Assembly (NCBI GenBank): GCA_025201805.1
Contig: MU619272.1
Coordinates: forward strand, 68,515-132,514
Source: Parasitella parasitica NRRL 2501
Taxonomy: Eukaryota; Fungi; Mucoromycota
Direction: 5' to 3'
DNA: 64,000 nucleotides
Positions 38,995 through 50,533 of this stretch are shown here, piece after piece. The notes below the pieces were generated by a model that was not told the origin of the DNA, did not search any database, and worked only from the letters and a program-made list of their open reading frames with translations. Numbering within the stretch: the first letter of the stretch is position 1; each line of letters starts with the position of its first letter. Both the position numbers and the translations under genes were made by a program.

Positions 38995-39800
38995 TTTATA
39001 CTTCCTCCCCTCACGCGTAATGGATAACTCCCGCATCGAATTTGTTATAGGCACGACTTGGACAACCGTAGGGGATAAAGGCATTAACCAACCCGGCGAT
39101 GAAATAAAGTAGGCAAATATTGTCCATTCCTAAATGATGTCCTTCTTTCCAAGAATGACGCTCGTTCGGGGGGGGGGCATAATGCGACAAAAAGGAGAAT
39201 TTTCATCAAATTGCTCAAGAACAAGAAATTCTAGTACAAAAAAGAGCAAAGGCAGACAGACCTTGTTTTGTCTTTCGCAAACAGGAAGGGCGGATTGAAT
39301 CTACAAGCGCCCAATCACTGTTGCGATGAATGTAACTGAATGTATCACAAGTGACAGAATCAGTCCCTGGTGGAAGGATTGAAGAGCACGAGTTTCGATA
39401 GCAGTTCTATCCTTGGTCCGAGAACGTTCTTTGCTCGGTAGATTCTTTTGAATCAAGTAGCAAGTGCCCTACTTGCAAAATGTTTTTTTTTGAAGTCGCG
39501 ACGGCATGCAAATACAGAGCCTCAAAAAGCAACAAGGATTATTGACACCATGTTGCCTGGAAGATGGAACGCAGCAACCAGACGGGCCAATGCAGCTAGC
39601 CTACCTTGATTTCTTTTCGTTATCTTTTGCTAGCTTAGCTTGGCCCGTTTATGAACGCTTTCCGCTGTAAGAGTCGGTTTCCTGAGAGGGTGATTCGAGA
39701 CCAGTTCCGTTGTCTATCCTTGAGATGTCATTAATAGCAGACACCTAAAGGGTATTTTGGGTTAAAACAATTCATAGATCAACGGATCTAACGTAATAGC
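38995..39800 (+). ncRNA. Candidate structured non-coding RNA (identity unresolved)
   Basis: No credible ORF, and many hairpins and nested stems. Several need G-U pairs, which favours the + strand. Confidence 0.35.
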
Positions 39801-40207
39801 CGTACTTACAAATATGCAAAAAAGTGCCCCTATTTATATTTCCTATGAGTTTATTCAAATAAAACTCAAATAAACATAATCGAAGCGTACAATACTATAT
39901 CAAGAAAAGTAGAACAAAATCAAGAATTGGAGAATTATTCCCAAATGTTAGGATGATTATTTAATTCAAGTCAACTTGGCACTTTACGTAGAAATCTTCT
40001 GTTCCTGTGTCTTGAAGATTGGATTACGGAAATACTGTCTGAAAATCAAGACGGAAGTAATAAAGGATAAGAGGAAAGAGGGTTCCCTTGATGAAGGAGA
40101 GTTTTTTCGTGATTAATAGTGACTGTGCGGTTTGACAAGATGCACTTCAAGTCGTGGGGACGGGGGGGGGGAGAGGGAAGGGGAGATCGTCAAGCTAGCA
40201 ACTCATA

Positions 40208-40661
40208 TCACAATTTGCGATATTTTACGTAATATTGATCAAGCATGCTGATGATGGACAAAGACAAAACTTTGATCACATGGCGTCGATTTTTCTCATC
40301 CAATCGAAGATGCTTGGGTATTTCGACTTGAATTACGTCGAGCCCGTTCCAATAATTGTGATAACGCTGTGTTGTGAAACCTCCTATAAAGTAATTTGCG
40401 TCCAAAGGGATTGGCAGGTGAGATGATGGTGAAGCAGCAATGCGATTTTTACTCGACGAAGCAACAATTGAATCACCGAAATAGTAAAGGGGCGGTTGAG
40501 ATGTTGTGGTTTTGCAATGTCGTTTTGCAAACGGTTGAATGGAGCTTTTTTCCAAGACTGCTTGGTGTAATTGGGCGCTGCTTGATTGGAGTTCGTCGCG
40601 GGAGAGTAGATAACCCAATTCAATTACACCATTAGAGTGCGTGTGTCCTATTCATATAGCC

Positions 40662-40692
<31 letters not shown>

Positions 40693-41145
40693 CAAGATCA
40701 ATGGCCTTCTTGTTCAAATCAATGTATTACCATGGATATCCACAAGCAAACCACATCTATTTGAGTTTAATACGCTCTCTACTGAGCATTGGATGCGATG
40801 GTGGTATTCCCTCCAAACCTTTTCGCTTGCTTCTGTTTCTGTGCCATCTTGTAATGATCTATTTACATCGGCCTTTCGGCGAGAAATGTCATTTGAAATG
40901 ACATGAGGAGCACTTTTATAATGATCGCTGATGATTTCACCTATTCCTAATGCAATTTCCTTGGTGTGCATGTCAGCTAAAAGTAAACTGCCATCTCGGG
41001 TTCTATCAGGTATCGCCGCTGGTTTGGATAGCCCTCCATGAGGAGCAGTGATGATAAGAGGAAGATTCCCTGATTTTGAGTACACTCCGTGTCTTGTATA
41101 CGCCTTTTCCTGGAATCTTTTGATGTCTTTATTTGCGTCTAGCAT
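40208..41145 (-). CDS. N-formylglutamate amidohydrolase-like Zn-dependent hydrolase, 2 exons
   Basis: Motifs PLIITAPHGG, SRRKADVNR, WREYHHRI, LLVDIHG|HTH..ELGY and IQVEIP. Intron at 40730-40648. Confidence 0.75.
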
Positions 41146-41678
41146 TGTAAAAAGAGAGAAGACAAAAGGTAGCGCCAATTGATAATTGGTTATGTTATAT
41201 GAGAATGGTACGACAAGTATGATCGGTATAATAATAGTAAAAGCGTCCATCATGATGATTTTTGGCATGTGGCATGAAAAAGTAGGATTTGCAATTAGCT
41301 AATATATGCGAAACATGGCCAGTAACATGTCTTTACATTTAACGGTGCAAGGCAATCCAAGCATGCACAACTAGTCCTAATTTTTAAATAATCGTTGAAT
41401 TGAGCTTTACGTAGCAAAACAGAATCTGGATAATCAGATCTGGGAAAAGTGGCGGATAGAGGTTTTAGCACCTAATAGCTTCCAAAAAGTGGTACTAATT
41501 TTTTTAGCTTGCAATGATACAACAACCCTTGGAATGGCAAAATTTGGCAGCACAGGAGCTCCGATGTAGAACAGCTTTATGTCATGGCTTCAATTGGCAT
41601 TTTAAGCATGTATAAATACACTGTTCGAGTATTCAAACCGCTGTTAAAATTCTTTGTTCCTTTTCTTCTTTTTGGAAA

Positions 41679-42755
41679 ATGTCTTCTGTTACAAAAATCA
41701 CTCAATTCCCTTCCACTGGTGAGCGCGGCGTCTTCAAGCAAGTTACTATTGATAAGCCTGCTCTCAAGCCTCACGATTTTATAATGAAAATGGTGGCATG
41801 CGGTGTTTGTCACACAGATTGTTTATTCATGGGTTCAGATGGTATGGTTCTCGGTCATGAGCCAGTCGGTAAGGTAGTTTCTGTTGGCGAGAAGGTAGAC
41901 AACATGAAAGTAGGCGATTTGGTTGGCGTTTCTTATTTAAAATGGTCTTGTATGGAATGTCGTTACTGTTTATCTGGCGAAGATTGCATGTGCGAAAAAC
42001 GAGTTATGTTTCCTGAGGGAAATATGAATGGTTTTGCTAGCCATATGATTGCTGACAGCCGGTAAGTTTGTTGGTTTATGCAGTAGGTTAAACTAGTTCA
42101 TTGACGCAACAATATGCTAGGTGGGGCTTCAAAATCCCCGAGGGAATGGCCGCTCGAGATGCCTCTGTATTTATGTGTGCAGGCATCACTGTATTCAACG
42201 CTTTGTACAACTCCAAGGTCTTGCCTACCGCTCGTGTCGCAGTTGTTGGTATAGGTGGATTGGGCCATTTAGCTCTTCAATTTTCCAAGGCATGGGGCTG
42301 CCATGTTACGGCGATCTCGCATAACTCTGACAAGAAGGATGAGGCATTAAAGTTTGGAGCCCACGACTTTTTGTGCTCCAAAGATTTCAACAAAGATTTT
42401 ATTGCTGGCATTGAGCCGTACGATATGATAATCGATACTGTTTCTGCTAACATTGACTTTGATGAATACATGTCACTCCTCAAACGCAACGGCTATTTCC
42501 TTCTAATTGGTTTGCCTGATGCCCCAGTTACAGTCCAAAATACACTTCCTTTTTTGCAAAATCAACTCTCTCTAAGAACTTCTATTATTGGTGGTCGTTA
42601 TTCTGTTGGTTTGATGCTGGAGTTTGCCAAACGTCACGACATTAAACCTATGATTGAGGAATATTCGTTTGATCTTGAAGGACTCCATAAGGCTATCGAG
42701 CGTTGCGATAAAAGCAAGGCTAGGTACAGAGCTGTTTTGGTTGCTAAGGACAATT

Positions 42756-42757
<2 letters not shown>
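41679..42757 (+). CDS. Zn-dependent medium-chain alcohol dehydrogenase (CAD/Adh6-like), 2 exons
   Basis: Motifs ACGVCHTD, GHEPVG, CMECRYC..C, MCAGITVF and GIGGLGH. Confidence 0.93.
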
Positions 42758-42794
<37 letters not shown>

Positions 42795-43784
42795 CATTTT
42801 TTTTTTTTGTATACACAGACATAATAACATTTTTATTCATCTATAGTTTTCAATAAATTACAGCGTAATCATTTTTATCATGCAATAGGGTAGCAGATAC
42901 TGAAAGTTATTGGCTTTGTTGATATATATTTACCATCATAGACGTTATGGTTTATCATAATTACATGTCTACCTACTTTTTCTCTCTGTAATAAAGGGCA
43001 AGATTCATTGAAATTCATTGACCCTCCAGCCAAAAAAATATATATTTTGTTTCAAGAAAACAAATTGTTATTTCACGGATATAGCCCCAGCATGAATATT
43101 TGATGTTGTCTAATTCACCTCGAATATAGGAGGCAGTGGAAACAGTGAGGACAAAGAGCAATCTTGCGCATGGCTCAACTTTTTGAATCAAGTGCTAAGG
43201 GTCGGTTTCTCAGATGCTACTAGATTGTCTTTATCAGAATACAATTGGCGCTATCATAGAGCAAGTATTTGATAAATCCCTGATATAAGCAAGCAGGTTC
43301 TCAAAAGAGTTCTGCTGTTTGCTGAATGCACAGCTATATCAGACGGCCGCAACTTTGAACTTGTCTCTTTGCAACCTCAGCAACGAAATGCGTGCATTTA
43401 TCGGTGAGTGGTCCTGTCATAATCTGATTTATACTAAACAGGCCCAATAGAGAAATGCAAAAGATTTTATGGTTAATATCAGCTTACATTCAACAACACA
43501 TGATAGGAAATTCTTGTATATTCGTTACAAAATAGAGAATCTGTCAAGAAAGAAAGATCACAGTGTTTGTTTTACATTTATTTGTGGTAATATTCAAAGA
43601 TCTAAGTGGCAAACTGCAGTATATAATAATAGTTTTTACGGACAACAATATGCAGCTTATTTCATTCACTTAAAGGCCATTATACGAAGTGTTGCAAGCT
43701 ACAAGACCAAGATTAAATATGGAATCCAATCGATTTCAGCTACACAAAAGGTTTGTTTTATTACGTTACAAAGGACGTATCTAG

Positions 43785-44800
43785 TTATCTTCTAGTGCCT
43801 GGCTCTTCAGATGCACTGCCCATGGTCATCAGCATCAATGCGCCAGCTAGAATCAAATACCAATACTTTTGAAAGAACGATTTCTCTTCTATCTCGTTAT
43901 CATCTGGAATTTCATCATTGACCTTGACTGCAGGTTTTTTAGACGTAGGTTGGGTCTTCTTTTGCGATGCAAAATTTCCAATCAACGGCCTGTTATTAGC
44001 GTTACTATCAAAGTCTTGTCAACCTCATGATATGATGCTTACTTGGGGCCAGGAGTGGGCGTTTTGACTTTGATAACAGTAGTGAATGGCTTTGTGACGA
44101 TAGGATACTGACAGGTGATAGAGCGTTTACATTCGACCTTCTAATACATATTTTTTTTTTTTTTTTTTNNNNNNNNNNNNNNNNNNNNNNNNNNNNNNNN
44201 NNNNNNNNNNNNNNNNNNNNNNNNNNNNNNNNNNNNNNNNNNNTCATGTAGCTACGTACCTCAATATCTTGTGGGCAATTATCTGAACTAGCATAGTAAC
44301 TAAAATAGTAGAATTGATTGTTTTCATCCAAATTCAAAACAAACTCATCGCCCCAATTGCTTGCGACCATTTGACACTACTTGATCTTTTTAGCTTGTGA
44401 CAAAAGCGCTGCAGCTTCCATAGCTTATTACCATCTTAACTGATTGCAAAAAGACATTTCCAGTACGCTCGTCTTTGAGTTTGATCTGGTAATACTCGTC
44501 TTTCTTACTCTTGAATTCGACAAATTCATTACTAGAGGGGATATATTCTGCAAGACCTGGGAGACCAACTATTTCGCCACGTTTAATATAGTGTCCATCT
44601 TTCTGATGATAGACTATCAACGTTGTAGATGGCTTTTTATTTACCAAGTCAATAAAAGGGATCTTGCGTTTTCTCTGATATTGTACATTTCAACTTACTT
44701 GCTCGGATTCCTCTTGTTGTGCTAAAGCTAATTGACAGACAAACAGAATTGCTAATAGCATGCTGACTGTAAGCAAAGATAAACGCGACATAGCTAGCAT
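43785..44800 (-). CDS. EMC10: ER membrane protein complex subunit 10-like; spans an N gap
   Basis: Signal peptide, luminal domain (KRGEI...F.LNLDE) and C-terminal EEKSFFQKYWYLILAGALMLM TM helix. Confidence 0.75.
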
Positions 44801-45166
44801 TGCCGAGATATCAGTATATTTCGTAGCTGAAATCCCTTCTGTACTATTCCAGCCTACCTATACAATCTTTGCCGATGTTTTTGTTTATGTTGGAAAGATA
44901 TCTACTGCACATCAGGGCAAAATGAGTGCAAGCAAATTTTGTCGCGTAGTTTAAATCGACAAAACCATCTGCAACGGTAAACAACATGTCAGGAATGCAA
45001 ATTGTTTAATAACTTTAATGTTCTGATATGCGCCATTGTATACAATTATTGGAATAATCCAAGCTGTTTCTCAAGGGCAAACTCTTGATTTCACGTTCCA
45101 GCAAAGGCGTATAAAAGCATCACTGTTCCATTGGGCTTCTGTTATCTTTCAAGTTAGATTTAAATT

Positions 45167-47391
45167 ATGACTCGTCCATTGTCAATTGTGCTGTCAGTCT
45201 TACTTGTGGCATCTACTACTTTAGTGCAAGCAATAGGTGGTAGAAGCCGCATGATGTTCTTGAGAGATGTGGACGAGAACTTTGATCAATGCAGAGGCTC
45301 TGGCTGGGAAAATGACATGGAAAAAAAAAAAAAAAAAAAAGGCCTTGCTTGAATCGAGCAAAAGAGCTGCAATTCACTGTATCATGCTTGCTTAGTTGAC
45401 TAGATTTACTGGTATCTTTTTTGGCGATTTTTACACTGGCGGCTCTCAAGACATTTTGGGTTCTCTTGCTGTGGAGGGCAACATGCATGCCCCTAACTAC
45501 ATTGTTAATGCGAACCATGTAGAGCTCTTACCAAACAGGATTACGCACATGTGCTAATAGTCTGGCAAATAGGGTGCCGACTGTAGTAGTCCTGGCTCTT
45601 TGAATTCATACGGTCTAGTCGTTGGTGGCACCATTGATACTTTTAATACGCATGTACACGGGAACGCCTACATTGCTGGCGGTGGCACCACTGAAGAGGT
45701 TTTGGAACTGGAAAAAGGCTGTTTTGTCACTGACCAAGAAGGAACAGGTATATTTGACTTTGTCCTAGTGAAAGATTTACTTCAATCATCTTCTGAGGAT
45801 TTCGCCAGCTATCCTGCCACCTCGATTCTGGAACCAGACGGATCGCTCACTGAGCTTCGAAATAGCGAGCTGGGTTATTACGAGATTTTAACATTCAATA
45901 CCTGTGGAGAAGCTGCCTGCAGCGCTGATCCAGACACTGAATCTGATCCTAATGCTATTTTCTTGAATATTGGTAACTGGAACGGCGTGCAAGGCCCCAA
46001 AGTTAATCCTAACAAAACCTACGTGTTTAATGTATGTAGATGCAAAAAAAAAAAAAAAAAACTTCTATACCAAACCCGCTTGCTGATCTACCAGTGTAAA
46101 AATCACAGATTCCAGTTAAAAACGGTGCTACTTTCACAATGAGCTCAAATCACCCTTCTAATGGCTTCAACCCCTGTAACGTAATCTATAACGTTTACCC
46201 TGTTGATGATAATGGTGCATTCTTGGCTGATGGCGAATTCACTTTTGTCCGGAAAACTTCTAATCAACTAGGCGGTTTTGTGTTGGCACCCAGAGGTACA
46301 TACATGGTATCACTTTTGCATATTATTCTTTTATTGGGCTAAACTTTACAACAAACATAGGACATATCGTGGATGGTAGCACTGGTAATTTTGCAGGCAC
46401 CATTGTCGGTATGGATTACACTTGGGAAAACATGAATGCCGGCGTCGAAATCCATGATTATGCATCGGCAGGTGGCAATTGTGATCAATACTTGGGCTGT
46501 ATTCCTAACCATGTAACCACCACACCATCGATGACTGTAACTCCCACTGAGACATCAACAAAAAGCAAATCCAGAACTCGCACTTGGCCGACTACTATAT
46601 CCGTAAACACCAGTGCTCTTACCAGGTTTCTCTTTTGGAATGCAATTGCAAAGCCCACTATTGAAGTTGACTTTACTGTTAAAGAAACGACCACAGAGAC
46701 AACAACTAGAACTACCAGTCTGCCATTATCCACAACTGCCATTGACACCTCGTACGAACAAATAACGTCTGTTCCAATTACATTGGAAACGACTTCCACT
46801 ATCGTCATAACAATCGTTACCACGGATTCAGAGGGAGACCCCACAGTCATCACAACAACCTCAATTAATATCGACGACATCACCAGCTTTACAGAGGAAA
46901 CTACAACCATTACCGAGCTGACTTCCACCATCTACTCTGAGACTACAGTTACTGAAGAAATAACAGAGGTTGTTACAACGATTGAAACTATGGAAACATT
47001 TCCAGAAACGACCTGCATAGAAAATAGCCCCAACGTGGTCACCGTTGATTCTACAGTTACAGAAACCATTGCCGATGTTACAGACAGAGCCACAGCCACG
47101 GTGCCAAGTGATATTAAAACTGTCACTGTCACCACAGATGTTGTCAAGACAACCGAGGCCGACGCTGTTTTTTCTGTCACTGACTACGTGACGACCAAGG
47201 AAAAGTACCAGATCGACCGTGTAACTGGAACAGTGACAGAATGTGATGCTAACTTGAACACTTGTGCTACCATCACGTTTGATGACGGGAAGCATTCCAA
47301 GACGTACGGTGGTGAACATGACGGACATCACCACGGGTTTGGCAAAAAATGCGACGAAGAGGATGATGATGATAGTAACGATAGATACTAG
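45167..47391 (+). CDS. Secreted choice-of-anchor-A/ice-binding-like domain protein with Thr-rich stalk and His/Asp-rich tail (paralog 1)
   Basis: Signal peptide, FTGIFFGDF..DILGSLAVEGN, YGLVVGG..VHGNAY, GFVLAPRG and a Thr/Val/Glu-rich region. The first intron donor reads GA before a poly-A run. Confidence 0.65.
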
Positions 47392-47597
47392 ATTACGGCA
47401 CAATAAAATTACATACATAGTTAAAGTTTAATTTGATCGAGGAATGTTGGCTGGCATTGTTGTATTCAATAATACCTGAAGCGTGAGTTTGTTTGTTTGC
47501 TTGTTGCAGATAGAATTTTGACGGAAGGCCTATAGGCCTTGCATAAATACAGCAGAATTTCAGTTTTTTTTTTTGCAGTATCACTATATTCAACACT

Positions 47598-49434
47598 ATG
47601 GGTCGTATTTTATCCTCAATTCTGACCGTATTTTTCATATCGTCGAGCTTTGTCCAAGCTCAGCGAGGCCTTTTTCCTCGTGCCGTATCATCGAGTATAG
47701 AAATATGTTTTGGAAACGATTGGCAATTTGATGTAGTAAGTTGAGAGAGTGCTTTCACACTAGGCAATATTCCAATTCTAAGCAAATGCATAGACAACCA
47801 GATTTACTGGAATCTTTTTTGGTGATTTTTACACTGGCGATGGCACTGACATCCTTGGTGGTCTTGCTGTAGAAGGAAACTTTCATGCTCCAGATTATGT
47901 TGTCAATGCTAATCATGTAAGTTTTTTTTTGTACCATATCGCTGATGACATAATGTCAACACATGTATGTAGGGCGCAAATTGTTCAGCAGTCGACTCTT
48001 TAAACTCTTATGGCCTCGTTGTTGGGGGTATCACTACCACGACCAATACCCAAGTACATGGTTCTGCTTATCTCAGTATGGGTGGCACTGTCAATGAAGT
48101 GAAAGAACTGGAGGGAGGATGCATTGTCACAGACGAATTAGGCACTGGTATCTTTGACTTTAAACAGGTCAAAGAAATGGCAATTGTATCCAATGCGGAT
48201 TTTGCACATTTTACGCCCACTGCAATTTTAAACCCTGATGGAACCATCACTTATACGCGCGGCGATGAGTTGACTCTATATGAAATTTTCGGGTTTCATT
48301 CGTGTGCTGGTCAAATCTGCAGCCAGTATACTTCGTTGGAGTCTGATCCTAGCGCTATTTTCTTTGGTGAAGGCAACTGGAATGGTGTACAAGGCTCAAC
48401 CATCGATCCACTGAAAACTTATGTAATGAATGTAGGTCGCTTTCGCCAAAAACAGTATACATCTCGATGTTAAACGTCGCTTTAGATTCCTGTATTAGAT
48501 GGCGATACTATTGTGATCGACAGCAATAATCCATCTCTCGGATTCAATCCCTGTAAACTGATTTACAACTTTTATCCCGTGGATGCTTTCGGCAACTACT
48601 TGCCAGAAGGAGAATTCACGCTTATTCGAAGAACTGCTAATCAGTTTGGTGGATTTACACTGGCCCCTAGAGGTAAATATCAGCGCTCCTAAACTACGAA
48701 TGCCGGGACTAAATTCAACTTGTACCGTAGGCCATATCGTTGATGGTAGTGTCGGCAACTTTGCTGGCAATATCGTTGGTCTCGACTATACCTGGGAAAA
48801 CTTGAATGCAGGTGTTGAGATTCACGATTACCATGCTGCAGGCGGTGATTGCGATTACTATGAGGGTTGTATCCCAGTGCACGTTGATGAGCCTTCAATC
48901 AGCATAACAATCCCCACCTATACCTTTAGTAGCACTTCATATTCGCCCTCTGATTCCGTTATCACCTGGAGCCGTCCTTCGATTGACATCAGTACCTATG
49001 ATTCTTGCACTGCAGACATAACAGACACCGAAACAGTGACAACCACTGACACAGATACAGTCACTGTAACAATCGCCTCCAGTATAGATACCATCACTCA
49101 AACGGTTGGTACTGTAACCGAGACTGAATCTATCACTGAAACAGATGTGGTCACGAAGACCCTAATCGTTATCAAGCCAACCACTATCATACGTACCTAT
49201 ACTTCATGCGGTCAAGCAACTGAGACTGTTACCGAAACTGTCGTTGAACAAGTAACTACTGATTGCGATTACCATACACATCATCACGATGACAGCCATA
49301 AAGGACATCATCATGGGCCCGATGAAGAGTGCGATGAAGATGATGACCAAGATGATAATTACAAGCAGGCCAAGAAAGATGGCAAAGACGATGAAGACGA
49401 GGAGGATGAGGAGGATGAGAAAGATTATAAATAA
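47598..49434 (+). CDS. Secreted choice-of-anchor-A-like protein (tandem paralog 2)
   Basis: Signal peptide MGRILSSILTVFF. Same motifs and four intron positions shared with paralog 1. Tail HTHHHDDSHKGHHHG followed by an acidic run. Confidence 0.7.
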
Positions 49435-49501
49435 AGCATTGAATTTTTTTTTTTCTCTCTCAATTCCGCCGTTTTCATTAGTGTTTTTTTACTCCCATAT
49501 A

Positions 49502-50410
49502 ATGAGCAGAGATATACCAGCTGACAAAGACGAACTCGCAATTGGAACTGTAATATTCACAGCAGGAGATACCAAAGTAAATGACCATAACATTCGTGAA
49601 TGACCAGCACAGCCTTGACGCTTTCCGCCCTTTTTTTTTTTTTTTTTTTTTTTAAAAAATAGCAACAAGCTGATTATTGGGACGACAGCGAGCTAATAGA
49701 TCACTGGGATAAAACAGTGGAAGCGTACAGAGTAAGACAGACGTCTGCGCTTGGTTGATACGTACAACTAACACGCAGACCATAGAAGCAAAGCTCTAGT
49801 CAAACTGAGCAAGTAGCGACGGATCCACCTTATCACAAAAGAAAAGCAGAGTATGGGTATGGGTATGGGTATGGGGTTTTTTTTTTAAGTTGGCAATAGC
49901 AAAGCCAATCAATAGATTAACATCAGATTTTTTAACAGCAATAAATTTAGGCAGGGCCACGTAACAAAAAAACAGGTAATGAATGTACAATGGGTTCCTA
50001 GCTACAAGCTTAAACGATTGACATGTCAGCTTTTAGCCCTCACTGCCAAAGAAAATTGTTCAAACATCCAGACCCGCAGTAAGCCCAAATGGACATTTCA
50101 TAGTAATATGCTGTTTGCGAATTTAAAAACCAATACTTACATAGCTGCGGAAAGAGTTTGAATCAAACGCTAGACAGCAAGGATCGATCCCGACTACTAA
50201 TACACTTACTAATGCTCAAGGTAACTACGGCTGTTGTTGCAACATTGTAAAGTCTCATTCCGAGAATATTAATCTAGATGATCTTTCTAATCTAATGATG
50301 GCCTGGTACTACTGTGGATACTACACTGGCCTCCATCAGGTAAAAGTGCATGATTGGCACGGAAATTGCAATTACTGCTACTAACCATTTGGCATTAGGG
50401 ACAGCAGTGA
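49502..50410 (+). CDS. SMN1: Survival motor neuron protein (Tudor-less fungal type), many small exons; absent from the ORF track
   Basis: Gemin2-binding motif DYWDDSELIDHWDKTVEAY (from 49663) and YG-box DLSNLMMAWYYCGYYTGLHQ (~50278-50339). Confidence 0.88.
49851..49876 (+). repeat. (GTATGG)x4 microsatellite at an SMN intron donor; G-quadruplex motif
   Basis: GTATGGGTATGGGTATGGGTATGGGG. Confidence 0.85.
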
Positions 50411-50533
50411 TAGCGATGCAAACCGCAGCAGAACCAACAGAATTCATCTGCACGCCGCAGTCACCCAAGACGCCCACTCATTTATAAGAATAAAGACTTG
50501 AATCCATACATTTTCCTGTTGTAAAGCATTTTC

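Noticed and set aside
39340-39380. RNase P CR-II/CR-III-like words (ACAGAAT..TGGAA)
   Set aside because: No convincing CR-I/CR-V (P4) pairing found. Kept only as an alternative for the candidate ncRNA.
46485-47418. Long antisense ORFs opposite Thr-rich regions (and similar short shadow ORFs elsewhere)
   Set aside because: These are by-products of codon bias on the coding strand and show no independent motifs.
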